Shown here piece by piece: positions 1 through 10,128 of a DNA stretch of 64,000 bases. A program made the position numbers and the translations under genes. Positions within the stretch are counted from its first letter, which is position 1. The number at the start of each line of letters is the position of its first letter. The stretch is from a virus (taxonomy: Duplodnaviria > Heunggongvirae > Uroviricota > Caudoviricetes), in IMG/VR virus record IMGVR_UViG_3300029705_000054, positions 1,687 to 65,686 of that record. One strand, written 5' to 3'. The notes under the pieces were generated by a model that saw nothing but the letters and a program-made list of their open reading frames with translations, was not told where the DNA came from and did not search any database.

Positions 1-139
1 GTCTGCTCATTCCTCGCCGCTAATAACGCAGGAGAGGCAATTCTTCTCCAAGTCCATCCCTCATGCGTAGAGGTTGAGATACAAACCTTTAATCCTCTTA
101 TAATGGCTTGGGTGGAAGACCAATTTGCCGACTTCATAT

Positions 140-167
140 GAGGGCGCTTGCGCCCTCTTTTTTTTTC
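140..167 (+). terminator. Rho-independent terminator: GC hairpin gagggcg-cttg-cgccctc followed by a T9 run
   Basis: Inverted repeat plus poly-T seen directly in the sequence. Confidence 0.7.
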
Positions 168-257
168 GCCGTCACGCCAAGGGCCGCGGCGTGACGCTTT
201 ACGCATAGTTGTGCAAGTTGCACAAATTTACTATCAAAACTTTGTTACTTTTGCCTA

Positions 258-286
258 TTGACAAATTCCCGCTTTTATGGTATAAT
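258..286 (+). promoter_or_regulatory. Class-A sigma-70-type promoter: TTGACA, 17-bp spacer, extended -10 TGGTATAAT
   Basis: Sequence ttgacaaattcccgcttttatggtataat. Near-identical units precede most genes in the first 8.5 kb. Confidence 0.7.
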
Positions 287-318
287 AAGTACGTAAGATA
301 AAGGAAGGGGAAACACCT

Positions 319-627
319 ATGATTAACATTCGCTCGATTCTCAAACTTAAAGATAATGACGGCTTAACTCTCAAAAAGGGTCAGCGCGTCACGTTCAAAA
401 CAGGCTACCAAGTAGCCACCGAAGGTATCGAAACCCGTGACCCGCGCGAAGCAATCAACGCCGTTAAGGCATACGAAGGCAACTGTGGTATATGGTATAG
501 TTCTGGAGTTTATTACATAGACAAGAGCCATCGCGAAAGTACCTTGAAAAAAGCGCTTGAGGTCGGGCGCGCCTGCTCTCAAATTTCTATTCTCCGTTGG
601 CGTGATATGGGTCTTGTATATTGTTAA
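319..627 (+). CDS. hypothetical early protein (102 aa)
   Basis: ORF with RBS aaaggaaggggaaacacctATG, downstream of a class-A promoter. Confidence 0.55.
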   Translation: MINIRSILKLKDNDGLTLKKGQRVTFKTGYQVATEGIETRDPREAINAVKAYEGNCGIWYSSGVYYIDKSHRESTLKKALEVGRACSQISILRWRDMGLVYC

Positions 628-725
628 CAAGACCCGCCGCAAAATTTTGTGCAAAATGCCTATTGACAAGAGGCAAGTAATATGATATAATATAGGCACA
701 GTAAAGGAAGGAAGGTATTAATATT

Positions 726-944
726 ATGGTAAAATTTGACATTCTTGACTATGGCGTCTATGCGGACGGCAAACATATTGCTGATTTTGACGATCTTAGT
801 ATGGCAATTCAGTTTGCAAGAGAGTTTACGACAAATAACAGAGGTAATACTTACGTAATCTATAACTTTACGGGAGAGATAAAATTCACCGCTGATATTG
901 TCGAGGTTACAGCCTATAAAGTAAAAGAGTGGATAGATGAATAA
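726..944 (+). CDS. hypothetical early protein (72 aa)
   Basis: ORF with its own promoter (ttgacaagaggcaagtaatatgatataat) and an RBS. Confidence 0.5.
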   Translation: MVKFDILDYGVYADGKHIADFDDLSMAIQFAREFTTNNRGNTYVIYNFTGEIKFTADIVEVTAYKVKEWIDE

Positions 945-969
945 TCTATCCACTATCAAGAGGTGAGAT

Positions 970-1350
970 ATGAAAAAGTTTTATATAGCAAGTGCTATGT
1001 TTACCGAAAGCCAAAAGGACAGAATAAACAAGCACGCAAAACTCTTACGACAGTTAGGATATAAAGTTTACGTTCCCCACGAATTAGAGATACCTAATGC
1101 TAAAGCTTTACCTAACTCCGAATGGGCGCGCAAGGTATTCCAACACGACGTTCAAGCAATAGATGAATGTGATGAAATTCTCTATTTTTGCGAAGGCGCC
1201 AATGGTGACCTTGGATCAGCTTGGGAGTGCGGATATGCGTATGCTAAAGGCAAAGTCATCAGAGTGGTTGAACTCGATACAATGCAAAGGTGTATTTCGC
1301 TAATGGTGGCGCAAAGCTCTTCCACAGAGATAACTAAATATCAAACCTAA
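970..1350 (+). CDS. nucleoside 2-deoxyribosyltransferase-like protein
   Basis: Motifs FYIASAMFTESQ and GDLGSAWECGYAYAKGK match the NDT/Rcl family signature. RBS aggtgagatATG. Confidence 0.55.
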   Translation: MKKFYIASAMFTESQKDRINKHAKLLRQLGYKVYVPHELEIPNAKALPNSEWARKVFQHDVQAIDECDEILYFCEGANGDLGSAWECGYAYAKGKVIRVVELDTMQRCISLMVAQSSSTEITKYQT

Positions 1351-1377
1351 GAGGGCGATTGCCCTCTTTTGTTTTTT
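1351..1377 (+). terminator. Rho-independent terminator gagggcgattgccctc followed by a T-run
   Basis: Hairpin plus T-run. A second GC hairpin (ggctcggcatcgggcgcgccgagcc) follows. Confidence 0.65.
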
Positions 1378-1529
1378 GGCGGCTCGGCATCGGGCGCGCC
1401 GAGCCGTTTTATCTGTGGGCTGGCATTTTGCACAAAAATCGGCGCAAAACTTTGTTGATTATTACCTATTGACAATTCCCGATATTTGTGGTATAATATA
1501 AGTGTAAAAGAAAGAGAGGAAAATGACTT

Positions 1530-1754
1530 ATGACACTTGCACAACTTCCGCTTATCTACAACATAGATAAAATCCGCATTTATGACAACTTCTTACTCAA
1601 AGCAGAACAATGGCTTGGTGCTCAATCAATCGATTGGTATGTTAAAGAATGTGAGCATATTAAAGAGTATGCTAACCGCAAGATAGATAGTATGGAAATA
1701 ACTATTGAGGGTTGTTGCGACGATGTAATTGTGCTTGAAATTTTTTTCAAATAA
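1530..1754 (+). CDS. hypothetical early protein (74 aa)
   Basis: Promoter ttgacaattcccgatatttgtggtataat and RBS agagaggaaaATG. Confidence 0.5.
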   Translation: MTLAQLPLIYNIDKIRIYDNFLLKAEQWLGAQSIDWYVKECEHIKEYANRKIDSMEITIEGCCDDVIVLEIFFK

Positions 1755-1828
1755 TTTTCAAAAACTACTTGACAAATATATAAAAGTATGGTATAATATA
1801 TATACTAAAAGAAAGAGAGGAAATACTT

Positions 1829-2086
1829 ATGAAAAACCCTATGACCGCAAAGGAAGCAAGAGAGATGGCAGAAAATAATCAAAACCAATTCATGCATTCG
1901 TGGGCAATGAAAGAGATGTTGCGCTTCATCAAAAAAAGGGCTTCACAAGGTTATTTCAGTGGAGTAAAAGAGGTTTCCAAAGATGAGGTCGAACTCATAA
2001 GAGCGAATCTTGAAAAATTTGGCTACAAGGCTGAGATTGAAAAAAACCTTTTTGAAGGTAGATATCATATCCGAGTCGCTTGGTAG
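1829..2086 (+). CDS. hypothetical early protein (85 aa). It ends with TAG used as a real stop
   Basis: Promoter cttgacaaatat..tggtataat and an RBS. The TAG stop lies immediately before the next gene's RBS. Confidence 0.5.
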   Translation: MKNPMTAKEAREMAENNQNQFMHSWAMKEMLRFIKKRASQGYFSGVKEVSKDEVELIRANLEKFGYKAEIEKNLFEGRYHIRVAW

Positions 2087-2129
2087 GCGCATTGGAAAAA
2101 TTTGGAAATTCGCAAAAGGAGAAAACAAT

Positions 2130-2336
2130 ATGTATATAGAGATTACTACGGGCGTAGAAATCAATGAAAAAGAAATCATTAAGGAGTATGATCTTAATCA
2201 TAATAGTAATGAAATTGAAATCCGCATAGCGGTAGATGATTATATTGCAACACTTGATAATTGTGATTATTACATTCTGAAACAAGCACAAGAGCAAGTA
2301 GTCAATAAAATAAAGGAACTCTTGGGTGTGGAATAA
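2130..2336 (+). CDS. hypothetical protein (68 aa)
   Basis: Start refined to the ATG after RBS aaaggagaaaacaat. The ORF-track start at 2010 lies inside the previous gene. Confidence 0.45.
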   Translation: MYIEITTGVEINEKEIIKEYDLNHNSNEIEIRIAVDDYIATLDNCDYYILKQAQEQVVNKIKELLGVE

Positions 2337-2418
2337 TCCACACCCATTGATTTTTATAAAATTTTATATTATAATATAAATGTAAAAAGAAATAAGAGAT
2401 ACAAGGAGGTCACGCGGT

Positions 2419-2721
2419 ATGAAGTATCACTTCATCCACGCTCTTGTCATCACTTCTTTTGAATCATCACTTACTCCCCTTGATTGGGAAACCCTCTCGG
2501 CGCAAGACTATCCACTTCATGCACTTTATTGTGAAGAGTTGGGCGCCCTTCTCTTTCATTCTGACAATCAAAAAAATGATTGTACGAATATGATTTCATT
2601 CTTAAAGGAAACATTTAAAATTTTAAGCATTCCTGCTGAATGGGAAAATAAAATTATAATTATGAGTGATGATGAAAATGAGTACAATGTACAAGACGTG
2701 TTGAAACACTTCAGCCATTAA
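2419..2721 (+). CDS. hypothetical protein (100 aa)
   Basis: ORF with RBS acaaggaggtcacgcggtATG. Confidence 0.45.
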   Translation: MKYHFIHALVITSFESSLTPLDWETLSAQDYPLHALYCEELGALLFHSDNQKNDCTNMISFLKETFKILSIPAEWENKIIIMSDDENEYNVQDVLKHFSH

Positions 2722-3150
2722 GCTGACGGACGAAGGCGGTCGCGCCAAGTCCGAATTTCCACGAAGTAGACCTCTCAACAAATTTCCAGAGCTTTTCATG
2801 AGTTCTGGGTTTTTTCTTTTTTGCCTGAAATCCGAGCGGAACGAGCCCGGCCGGCGCGTTCCGTTTTGTGCATTTTGTACACTTCCCGCCATTTTTTTGT
2901 TGAAACTTTGTGCAACATTACCACTTGACATTTTCCCGATTGTATGATATAATAATAATGTCAAGAGGGGGAACCTCGTGCGGAGAAATTAACTTGCAAG
3001 GAATGGAAATCAGAAACTTGGTGTACAACAAGAGAACGGACACGAAAGCTTTGAGTAGGAAAGTATCGGAGATAAGAAAAATAGTTGCAAATATTTTTCG
3101 AAAACCTCTTGACAAAAGCAAGATTATATGGTATAATATAAATGTAATAA

Positions 3151-3225
3151 GAAGCGGTATCACAAAGGTAATGAGGTTGACACTATTCAACTGCGTTGTG
3201 GGTTCAATTCCCATTCGCTTCACCA
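3151..3225 (+). ncRNA. tRNA-like element with a perfect acceptor stem, T-arm and CCA but an anticodon loop of only 6 nt
   Basis: Sequence gaagcgg..gtggg ttcaatt cccat tcgcttc a cca. The anticodon stem gttga/tcaac encloses the 6-nt loop cactat. The element sits between a class-A promoter and an RBS. Confidence 0.35.
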
Positions 3226-3245
3226 AAAAAAGAGAGGTAATACTT

Positions 3246-3443
3246 ATGCAATATGTAATTTATATTCATACTCGCTCTTGTCCAAACGGCTTCTTGCATA
3301 AAGGATTCATAGGAGATAATAAACCGCCTATCTTTGATAGTCAAGAACAGGCACAAGAATATATCAATCAACAATGCCTTGAATGGCGTTGGAGTGGATA
3401 TTGCACAATAAGAGAATATCAAGGAGAATTTGAAAATGATTAA
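3246..3443 (+). CDS. hypothetical protein (65 aa)
   Basis: RBS aaaaagagaggtaatacttATG. The ORF-track call 2910..3443 reads through an internal promoter and the tRNA-like element. Confidence 0.4.
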   Translation: MQYVIYIHTRSCPNGFLHKGFIGDNKPPIFDSQEQAQEYINQQCLEWRWSGYCTIREYQGEFEND

Positions 3444-3633
3444 ATGCCCAAATTGCGATAAACTTATAACCAGAGATGACTTGTTCTGTGGAGATGTGGA
3501 TGCAAAGATATGGAATTTTGACGGGTATGAAGCAGATTTTGAGGCTAAAGTTTGTTGCCCTCACTGTGAAGCAATCTATACCGCAGAATTTCGTGGAATT
3601 ATCAATATTAGAAAGGAGCTTAAATTAAAATGA
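3430..3633 (+). CDS. Zn-ribbon protein (CxxC..CxxC), 67 aa
   Basis: Motif CPNCDK...CPHCE. Start overlaps the previous stop as ATGA. Confidence 0.5.
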   Translation: MKMIKCPNCDKLITRDDLFCGDVDAKIWNFDGYEADFEAKVCCPHCEAIYTAEFRGIINIRKELKLK

Positions 3634-3818
3634 TTAAATGTCCAAATTGCGGTAGCACCGCCCAAGTTAAATATTTATCGGCAAAATATGAAGAGGACGG
3701 AGAGCAAATTGTCGCAAGTCGCAAATATAAATGCGGTTGTGGTAAAGAGTTCAAAACCACGCAATATTATTATACTAATGATTATGAGGAAGAAGAGGTA
3801 GATGACTTTGATTGGTAA
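3630..3818 (+). CDS. Zn-ribbon protein (CPNCGS..CGCGK) with an acidic tail, paralog of the previous gene
   Basis: Shared N-terminal motif MIKCPNC with the upstream gene. ATGA overlap. Confidence 0.5.
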   Translation: MIKCPNCGSTAQVKYLSAKYEEDGEQIVASRKYKCGCGKEFKTTQYYYTNDYEEEEVDDFDW

Positions 3819-4062
3819 ACTAAAAACCTATTTCAGCCTTGACCGCCCCTATGAATTTGATATCACCGATATCACCGCACTAATCTATACCGCTTGCGCA
3901 ATAGGTGTTATGTGTGGCGCCGATATGACAGTATTATTCTTCATCGGCTCGGCAATCGCAACCGCATTTTGCTTTAGCGCAAGGCGCATAAATCTTGTAA
4001 TACTTAATGTCGCATTATTTGCGATGAATACTTATTATCTTATCAATTTAATTTGGAGGTAA
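3802..4062 (+). CDS. small membrane protein (2 predicted transmembrane helices)
   Basis: Hydrophobic segments ALIYTACAIGVMC and LVILNVALFAM. Confidence 0.4.
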   Translation: MTLIGKLKTYFSLDRPYEFDITDITALIYTACAIGVMCGADMTVLFFIGSAIATAFCFSARRINLVILNVALFAMNTYYLINLIWR

Positions 4063-4262
4063 ATATGAAAATCATAGTCACAATAACCGCAACAGAACAG
4101 CACGACACTCTTGAAGCTATAATGATTGACCCCTGCATTCATATACAGTGCGGCGAAATTGATTGCGAAGAATGCCCTTTGCATACTGCGGCACAAGCAT
4201 TCCGAAGAGCGCAAGAAGACTATGCAAAAGTTATCAATAAAATCATAATAGAGGGAGATTAA
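4053..4262 (+). CDS. hypothetical Cys-containing protein (69 aa)
   Basis: RBS ttggaggtaaatATG. A hairpin terminator (agggagattaatctccct) follows the stop. Confidence 0.4.
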   Translation: MEVNMKIIVTITATEQHDTLEAIMIDPCIHIQCGEIDCEECPLHTAAQAFRRAQEDYAKVINKIIIEGD

Positions 4263-4576
4263 TCTCCCTCTTTTTGGTCGGCGCGCCACCGATCGGTGTG
4301 GCGCCGTTTTTGTGCAAATTGCACAATTCCACGCATTTTTTCGCCAAAAGTTTGTGCAAATTGACGAAAAGAAAATTCCCAAAACCGCTTGACTTTTTGC
4401 GCCCTTTGTGGTATAATATTATCGTAGTCAAGGGGTGAGAAACAAAAGCAGTGAAATGGACTTGCTAATCAGTGGACACTCAAAAATTTTTGAAAAAATT
4501 TTTCAAAAACCCCTTGACAAATCGCTCAAAGTATGGTATAATATAAGAGCAGTAAGGAAGAAAGGAACTAAACCAA

Positions 4577-5023
4577 ATGACAATTTATTTAGACCTTGAC
4601 GGCACCGTTGCTGACCTTTATGCGGTCGAAGGCTGGCTCGATGACCTTGAAGCCAAGCGAACGCGCCCATATGAAGAAGCAAGACCTATGCACAATATGT
4701 CTGCACTTGCAAGAGCATTGAATAAGGCTCAGCGCAATGGCGTTCATATAGGTGTTATATCGTGGCTGTCTAAAGCCGCAACTGAGGACTATAACAAGGC
4801 GGTCACTAAAGCCAAGCGCAAATGGCTCAAAAAGCACTTGAAGTCCGTTATTTTTGATGAATTGCATATCGTTCCATATGGCACACCCAAATCGTCCGTA
4901 GCCAAGAGTGAGGGCATACTGTTTGACGATGAAGAGCGCAACCGCCTTGAGTGGACTAAGGGTGACGCATTTCCGCCCGAAAAAATTTTTGAAATTTTGA
5001 AAAAATTTTGTAAAACCTCTTGA
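4577..5023 (+). CDS. HAD-superfamily 5'(3')-deoxyribonucleotidase-like protein
   Basis: N-terminal motif IYLDLDGTVAD (DxDxT), the HAD signature. Confidence 0.5.
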   Translation: MTIYLDLDGTVADLYAVEGWLDDLEAKRTRPYEEARPMHNMSALARALNKAQRNGVHIGVISWLSKAATEDYNKAVTKAKRKWLKKHLKSVIFDELHIVPYGTPKSSVAKSEGILFDDEERNRLEWTKGDAFPPEKIFEILKKFCKTS

Positions 5024-5108
5024 CAAATTCGTCAAGATGTGATATAATATATATGTCGAGTGGAGAGCGAGGGCTACTCCCTATGACAGAAAGAGAGGAA
5101 AAGAAAAA

Positions 5109-5828
5109 ATGAACATTATGGTATTTGATACCGAAACCGCAGGGTGTTGTACCCAAACACTACTTAACATAGGCTATTGTATAGCAGATGTTGACTTAAC
5201 AACCTTTAAGTATAAGATACTCAAAGGCAAAGACTATCTTGTAGGCAAACATTATCACAACCGCATTTGGCTCTTGAATGATATGTTCGTCAAAGCAGAA
5301 AAACTCGCAAAGTTTGACTTGAATGTTGAGAACGGAACGGCAATACTCCGTACCGAAAAACAGATATTTGAGCAAATAGCAAGAGATATTGACCGATATG
5401 GCATACAGTATGGCTTTGCCTATAACTCCGAGTTTGACGAGGACAAATTCCGCAGAACCGCAACTGCGCTCGGTATTTTGAATCCACTTGACAAAATCGA
5501 GGTTATAGATATATGGTGTAATGCACAATACGACATATGCTCTACCGCAGATTATATCGCATTTTGCAACGAACACGAACTCCGCACTCCAAGTGGTAAA
5601 TATATACCGACCTCTGTTGAGGGTGTAACCGCATTTCTTAACCAAGATAAAGATTTTGTTGAGGAACATACCGCACTTTCCGATGTTCAATGGGAACTCC
5701 GTATTCTTTGTGAACTTGGAAAAAGAGGTTGTAATATCTTCCAAGAGCGCACGAAACTCGGTTGCTTAACTCCAGAGGGTGAATGGGTATATCCCTTTCA
5801 TAAGCGCAAAGAGGTAGAGGGTGAATAA
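5109..5828 (+). CDS. DEDD-family 3'-5' exonuclease (DnaQ-like)
   Basis: Exo I motif VFDTETAG and Exo III motif HTALSDV. Confidence 0.55.
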   Translation: MNIMVFDTETAGCCTQTLLNIGYCIADVDLTTFKYKILKGKDYLVGKHYHNRIWLLNDMFVKAEKLAKFDLNVENGTAILRTEKQIFEQIARDIDRYGIQYGFAYNSEFDEDKFRRTATALGILNPLDKIEVIDIWCNAQYDICSTADYIAFCNEHELRTPSGKYIPTSVEGVTAFLNQDKDFVEEHTALSDVQWELRILCELGKRGCNIFQERTKLGCLTPEGEWVYPFHKRKEVEGE

Positions 5829-5979
5829 CCCTCTACCCAAGAAAAAAAATAAAAAATTTTTCAAAAACCTATTGACAAATACCAAAAAGTATGGTATAAT
5901 ATATATGTAATCAAGAGGGAATACCTCTGATAAATAAAATTAAAGGGTTGCAACCTAATAGCAAGAGAGGAAAAAAATT

Positions 5980-6384
5980 ATGGCAGAAATCAAGGAAATC
6001 AAGTACACACAGAAGCAGATGTATGAGGAAATCATCAAGATGGCAAGCGGAGAGCCGACCACAATCCCTATGGATAAAGTAATCGAGTTTGCCGAAAAGA
6101 AGCTCGGTCAGCTTGAAAGCAAGAGTGGTAAGGTCAGCGCAAAGCGCGCAGAGGAAGTTGATACTTTCCTTGACCTCATTCATGATGTTCTCGCAGAAGC
6201 AACCGATGTAAAGGGTATGCAGTGCGGTGCGATAGCAAAGGATTCTCGTATCGCAGAGTTTGAGTGGGCAGATGGTAAGGAAACATCTTCACAGCGAGTT
6301 TCCTCTATGCTTAAAAAGCTCGTTGACTGCGGTGATGTAGTCAAGACCATTGACAAAAAGGTCACTTACTTTCGCCTTGCGTGA
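5980..6384 (+). CDS. early protein, member of a 3-copy paralog family with a winged-helix-like C-terminus
   Basis: Shared pattern ..SSQRVSSMLKKLV..G.V.K..KKVTYF.L with the ORFs at 6956 and 15569. Confidence 0.5.
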   Translation: MAEIKEIKYTQKQMYEEIIKMASGEPTTIPMDKVIEFAEKKLGQLESKSGKVSAKRAEEVDTFLDLIHDVLAEATDVKGMQCGAIAKDSRIAEFEWADGKETSSQRVSSMLKKLVDCGDVVKTIDKKVTYFRLA

Positions 6385-6955
6385 GTGAGGCACAGGGGCG
6401 CAAATGCGCCCCTCATACATAACAAAGGGTAGTTTAATGGAAGAACAGTTGGTTTCGTTTCCAACAGATGTGTGTTCAAATCACACGCCTTTGCAGACCA
6501 TTAAAACCAAAGTCCCCTATGCGCAAGGAGTGGCGAGAAAGCGAGAATGGTCAACCTCGAGGATAGACCTCTGCGACGGCAGAGGTCTTTTTTTGACCGG
6601 CCCAACGGCGGCCGCCGCTGGGCCGATTTGTGCGTTTTTGTGCAAGTTGCACAATTTTCTCACCAAAATTCCTCTCAAATTTGTGCAAATTATTTTCCCA
6701 TTTTCTATTGACAAATTTATCTTTTTATGATATAATATTATCGTAGTCAAGGGGCGGTGACGGATAGAACGACCTTGCGAGGCATCGTCCCGTAGTTGCA
6801 ACCACTGAAAAAAATAAAAAATTTTTGAAAAACTTTTCAAAAACCCCTTGACAAAATCACAAACTTGTGATATAATATATATGTAATCAAGAGGAAAATC
6901 CTCTTGAAATAAAAAATTTTGAAAGGGCGGTCACAGATCGCAAAGGTAGAAAACT

Positions 6956-7366
6956 ATGGCAGAAAAGAAAATCACCAAGAGAGAGAATTTTGAGAACATC
7001 AAAGCGTTCCTCATAGAGAACGGCAAAACCGAGTGGGCAGATGTTATGGCTCACGAGATAGAGCTTCTCTCCCGTAAGAACTCAAAGTCCGCTTCTCTCA
7101 CTCCTGCGCAGAAAGACGCTCTCGCAGTAACCGAACTTATCAAGGACGCTCTCGCCGAGTGTGTAGATGAAAAGGGAATGACCGTTGGCTCACTCCTCAA
7201 GGTCGATTCTATCAAAGAGTATAAGAGAGCTAACGGAGATAACGTATCGTCACAGATGATTACCGCTATCGTGTCCAAGAGCGCAGACTTTAAGCGCACC
7301 CTTGAAAAGAAAGTTGCATACTACTCCCTTAATTACGGGGTAGTAGACGAGGTAGAGGGAGAGTAA
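6956..7366 (+). CDS. early protein, paralog of 5980..6384
   Basis: Same N-terminal MAE(K/I)K and C-terminal SSQ..KKVAYYSL pattern. Confidence 0.5.
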   Translation: MAEKKITKRENFENIKAFLIENGKTEWADVMAHEIELLSRKNSKSASLTPAQKDALAVTELIKDALAECVDEKGMTVGSLLKVDSIKEYKRANGDNVSSQMITAIVSKSADFKRTLEKKVAYYSLNYGVVDEVEGE

Positions 7367-7479
7367 TTCTCCCTCATACCAAAAAAATTTTTCAAAAACT
7401 TTTACCAAACCTCTTGACAAATGACCAAGAGTGTGGTATAATATATATGTCAAGAGGACAGAAAGAGAGGTAAAAACCA

Positions 7480-7950
7480 ATGGCAGATTATAGCCTTTAT
7501 ACCCTTGAGAACGGGCGCACAGTGCGAGTACCGAATGAGGCAATAGAGCTGAATATGCGTATGCTTAAATGCTCACGGCAAGAGGCGGTTGACCTTTGGC
7601 TCTTTGATAACGATTATATCGACAACGAAGAAGAACAAGCACTCACCGCAAAAGCTAAAGAGAATCGAGTTAGCGCAACGGTTCATAAAGCTAAATCAAC
7701 CGAGTATAAGCAAAAGACACAGCGCGAGAGGGTAGTGAAAGAGGATAAAACTAAGAACGGAATTATCCAAGCAATCGAAACCGCTATATCGGAAAATGCA
7801 GACTACTGTAAAATCGTCAAGGCGGGTAAAATGATAGTGTTCAAGCAAGGCGGTGAATACTTTAAGCTTGACTTGACGAGATACACGAAGAAAGGTCTTG
7901 AATCGCTTAAAACTAAAGGCGAATTTGACACCTACTTTACCGAGGGGTGA
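7480..7950 (+). CDS. hypothetical basic protein (156 aa)
   Basis: ORF with class-A promoter and RBS agagaggtaaaaaccaATG. Confidence 0.5.
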   Translation: MADYSLYTLENGRTVRVPNEAIELNMRMLKCSRQEAVDLWLFDNDYIDNEEEQALTAKAKENRVSATVHKAKSTEYKQKTQRERVVKEDKTKNGIIQAIETAISENADYCKIVKAGKMIVFKQGGEYFKLDLTRYTKKGLESLKTKGEFDTYFTEG

Positions 7951-7986
7951 CGAAAGTCACCCCCACTACGAAAGCGAGGAAGAGGA

Positions 7987-8274
7987 ATGAATATATATAA
8001 GAAATTACAAACAGGAAACTATACCGCCAATAATACTATGGTAAGACTTCCCAAAGCAGGGATTGTGTGTCCTTTTTGCAAATCTGATAATATCGTTTGG
8101 AATGATGGAAGTGGAGTAAATCCATTTGAATATCCAAATGACAACAACGGCTTCGTTGAGGAAACTTATCAATGTCTTAATTGCGAAAAACGATGGCGCA
8201 ATTTGTATACTGCCATATACTATGGAACAATCCTATCTTATGATATTCCCGAAGAAAGCGAGGAAGAAGAATGA
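7987..8274 (+). CDS. Zn-ribbon protein (CPFC..CLNC) with an acidic tail
   Basis: Two CxxC pairs. RBS gcgaggaagaggaATG. Confidence 0.5.
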   Translation: MNIYKKLQTGNYTANNTMVRLPKAGIVCPFCKSDNIVWNDGSGVNPFEYPNDNNGFVEETYQCLNCEKRWRNLYTAIYYGTILSYDIPEESEEEE

Positions 8275-8513
8275 AAACAAGAGAATACGAATGTCCGAAA
8301 TGCGGCGAGTTTGAAAAGGTCTATAATTCAAGTGACCCCGAGATAGATGTCACCGAACAGAATGGTGACTTATACGAGATAATCTCAATAGAGCGCAGAT
8401 GTCATAACTGCGGTCATCATTGGATAGAATATATGCGCCTGACCTATGACGGCTGTTGTACAGACGGAAAATTGTATGATAAAAACGGAGAGGAAGAGGT
8501 GACAGAGGATTGA
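8271..8513 (+). CDS. Zn-ribbon protein (CPKCG..CHNCGH) with an acidic tail, paralog of the previous gene
   Basis: ATGA overlap with the upstream gene. Cys pairs seen directly. Confidence 0.5.
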   Translation: MKTREYECPKCGEFEKVYNSSDPEIDVTEQNGDLYEIISIERRCHNCGHHWIEYMRLTYDGCCTDGKLYDKNGEEEVTED

Positions 8514-9420
8514 GCGCCAAATGTCACTAAAAGAAAACAGAGGGTAAAGCCTTCTGTTTTTTTTATCTGCGCCCTTGTTCACACTTTGTTCATAATTGCG
8601 CGGGTCGCTAGCCACCGGCTAGCCCCGTTTCCAGAATCTACCATCTCTTCCATATTATACCGACCGAAAAATAGTTGTTTGGCGCAGTCACTGTTTTCCC
8701 TTAATTCTACCTCTATAGCGCGCACGCGCATATGCTCGGGCCGCGGACAATCGCAAAGAGCCGTCATCGCTCTAGTCCAGTGCTTTCCACTATAACGCCC
8801 GCGATTTTTGGTTGTTTCATTTTCATTATTTTTTCCTATAATTAGCATTTTTATCAATTTTTTCGCATAATATATGAATATTTTATCAAAAACTCATATT
8901 TCTAATGTATTTTCCTTGTTTTTGTTCTTTCAATAATGCTAAAATTTGGTCGCAGAAATGAAAAATATGATGATTGCCGCCTAGATCCAAGAGAAAAAGT
9001 TGAATTTTAGTGAAAATTATGGTATAATTATAGTGAAAAGAATAAAAGATGACAATAGTAAAGAAGAAAGGAGCTACTATTGGTTAATGAGTTAAGGGGA
9101 GGCCGTGACTTGAGGGTAGTATAGATGCGTATTACCAAAATTTGGTAAAAATGTAATAAAATGGAAAGGCGCTTCTGTTACCTTAAAACAAGGCAACAAC
9201 TTCTCATACTCCTTACTTATAGTTGCCGTTGCCTTAAAAAAGGGTAACGCAGAAAGGTTGCAAATGTACCTAATATTATTTATTATCAAGCGAAGTATAG
9301 GCTGAGTATGATTAAAAAACTTAGCAAATTACCACATTCATCGTGTATTGATTTTACTACGTGTAGTACTTTTGCTAGAAATGCATAGTAAAAATAAATA
9401 CACGGCAAAAAGAGTGCGCA

Positions 9421-10128
9421 TTAAAACGCACTCTCTTCATTATGTATTCTTGTTCCTTTATAAATCTTACAACCTAGTCTAGCCTCAAGTTCATTCTTCC
9501 AAGCTAAATATTCTCCATGACTACCTAAATTAGCTAATGCAATACCAGCCTCTTCCGCAGTAATCTTACCAGTTTTAATATCATCAGCTATCCCAAGAGT
9601 AAAATCTTCTAAATTACCAAAGTATTTCTCTGTGATCTAGCGCTTAATCTTCTATTCTTCCTCATTAAGCGGAACAAGCTTGCCCTAAGGTCCAATTTTA
9701 CAATACTCATAACGACAATAGCCAAGCTCACCATTTGTGCGCTTCATAGGACTGCCCCAAAGTTCCGTTCTGCTCTAACAAGTATAATTATAATTGGTAT
9801 TTTCTGTAATTGTGTATCCCTCTTGCTATAGAATAGGAAAATTACGACTTGCAACAAGAGCACAACTATCTAGCCCTTCTGCGCTCCAACCCTCTCTTGT
9901 TAACTCTTTTACTCTTTGATAAGGTTTTGGACCCTATAGCGCCGAATATTCTGCTTCGTATACTTCATCAATATAAAGAGTCTTTTTGGTAGTTCCTTCT
10001 TCATGATATCGGCAATAGCGAGCTAAAATATTTAAATACTTACTTTTATTATTGCGCAGGGTGCCTGCAGATACTCCTAGCCAAGTAGCCAAATTAGCTA
10101 AAGTTATTTTACCTTCAACAAGTTTCAC
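9421..10128 (-). CDS. helix-turn-helix DNA-binding protein (~235 aa) that can be read only if 6 in-frame TAG codons are translated (as Gln)
   Basis: N-terminal HTH ITLANLATWLGVSAGTLRN. The reading frame is continuous across 6 TAGs to a TAA embedded in a bidirectional terminator hairpin (agagtgcgcattaaaacgcactct). Confidence 0.5.

Noticed and set aside
2910-3443. 177-aa ORF from the ORF track
   Set aside because: It reads through a complete class-A promoter, a tRNA-like element and an RBS. It most likely represents two separate small genes, and only the downstream one (3246..3443) is called
6404-6730. 108-aa ORF
   Set aside because: It spans a GC-rich terminator hairpin and the next promoter. 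It has no RBS and a low-complexity product
8579-8857. 92-aa minus-strand ORF in the GC-rich patch
   Set aside because: No RBS and atypical composition. The region is more likely a structured or regulatory DNA element
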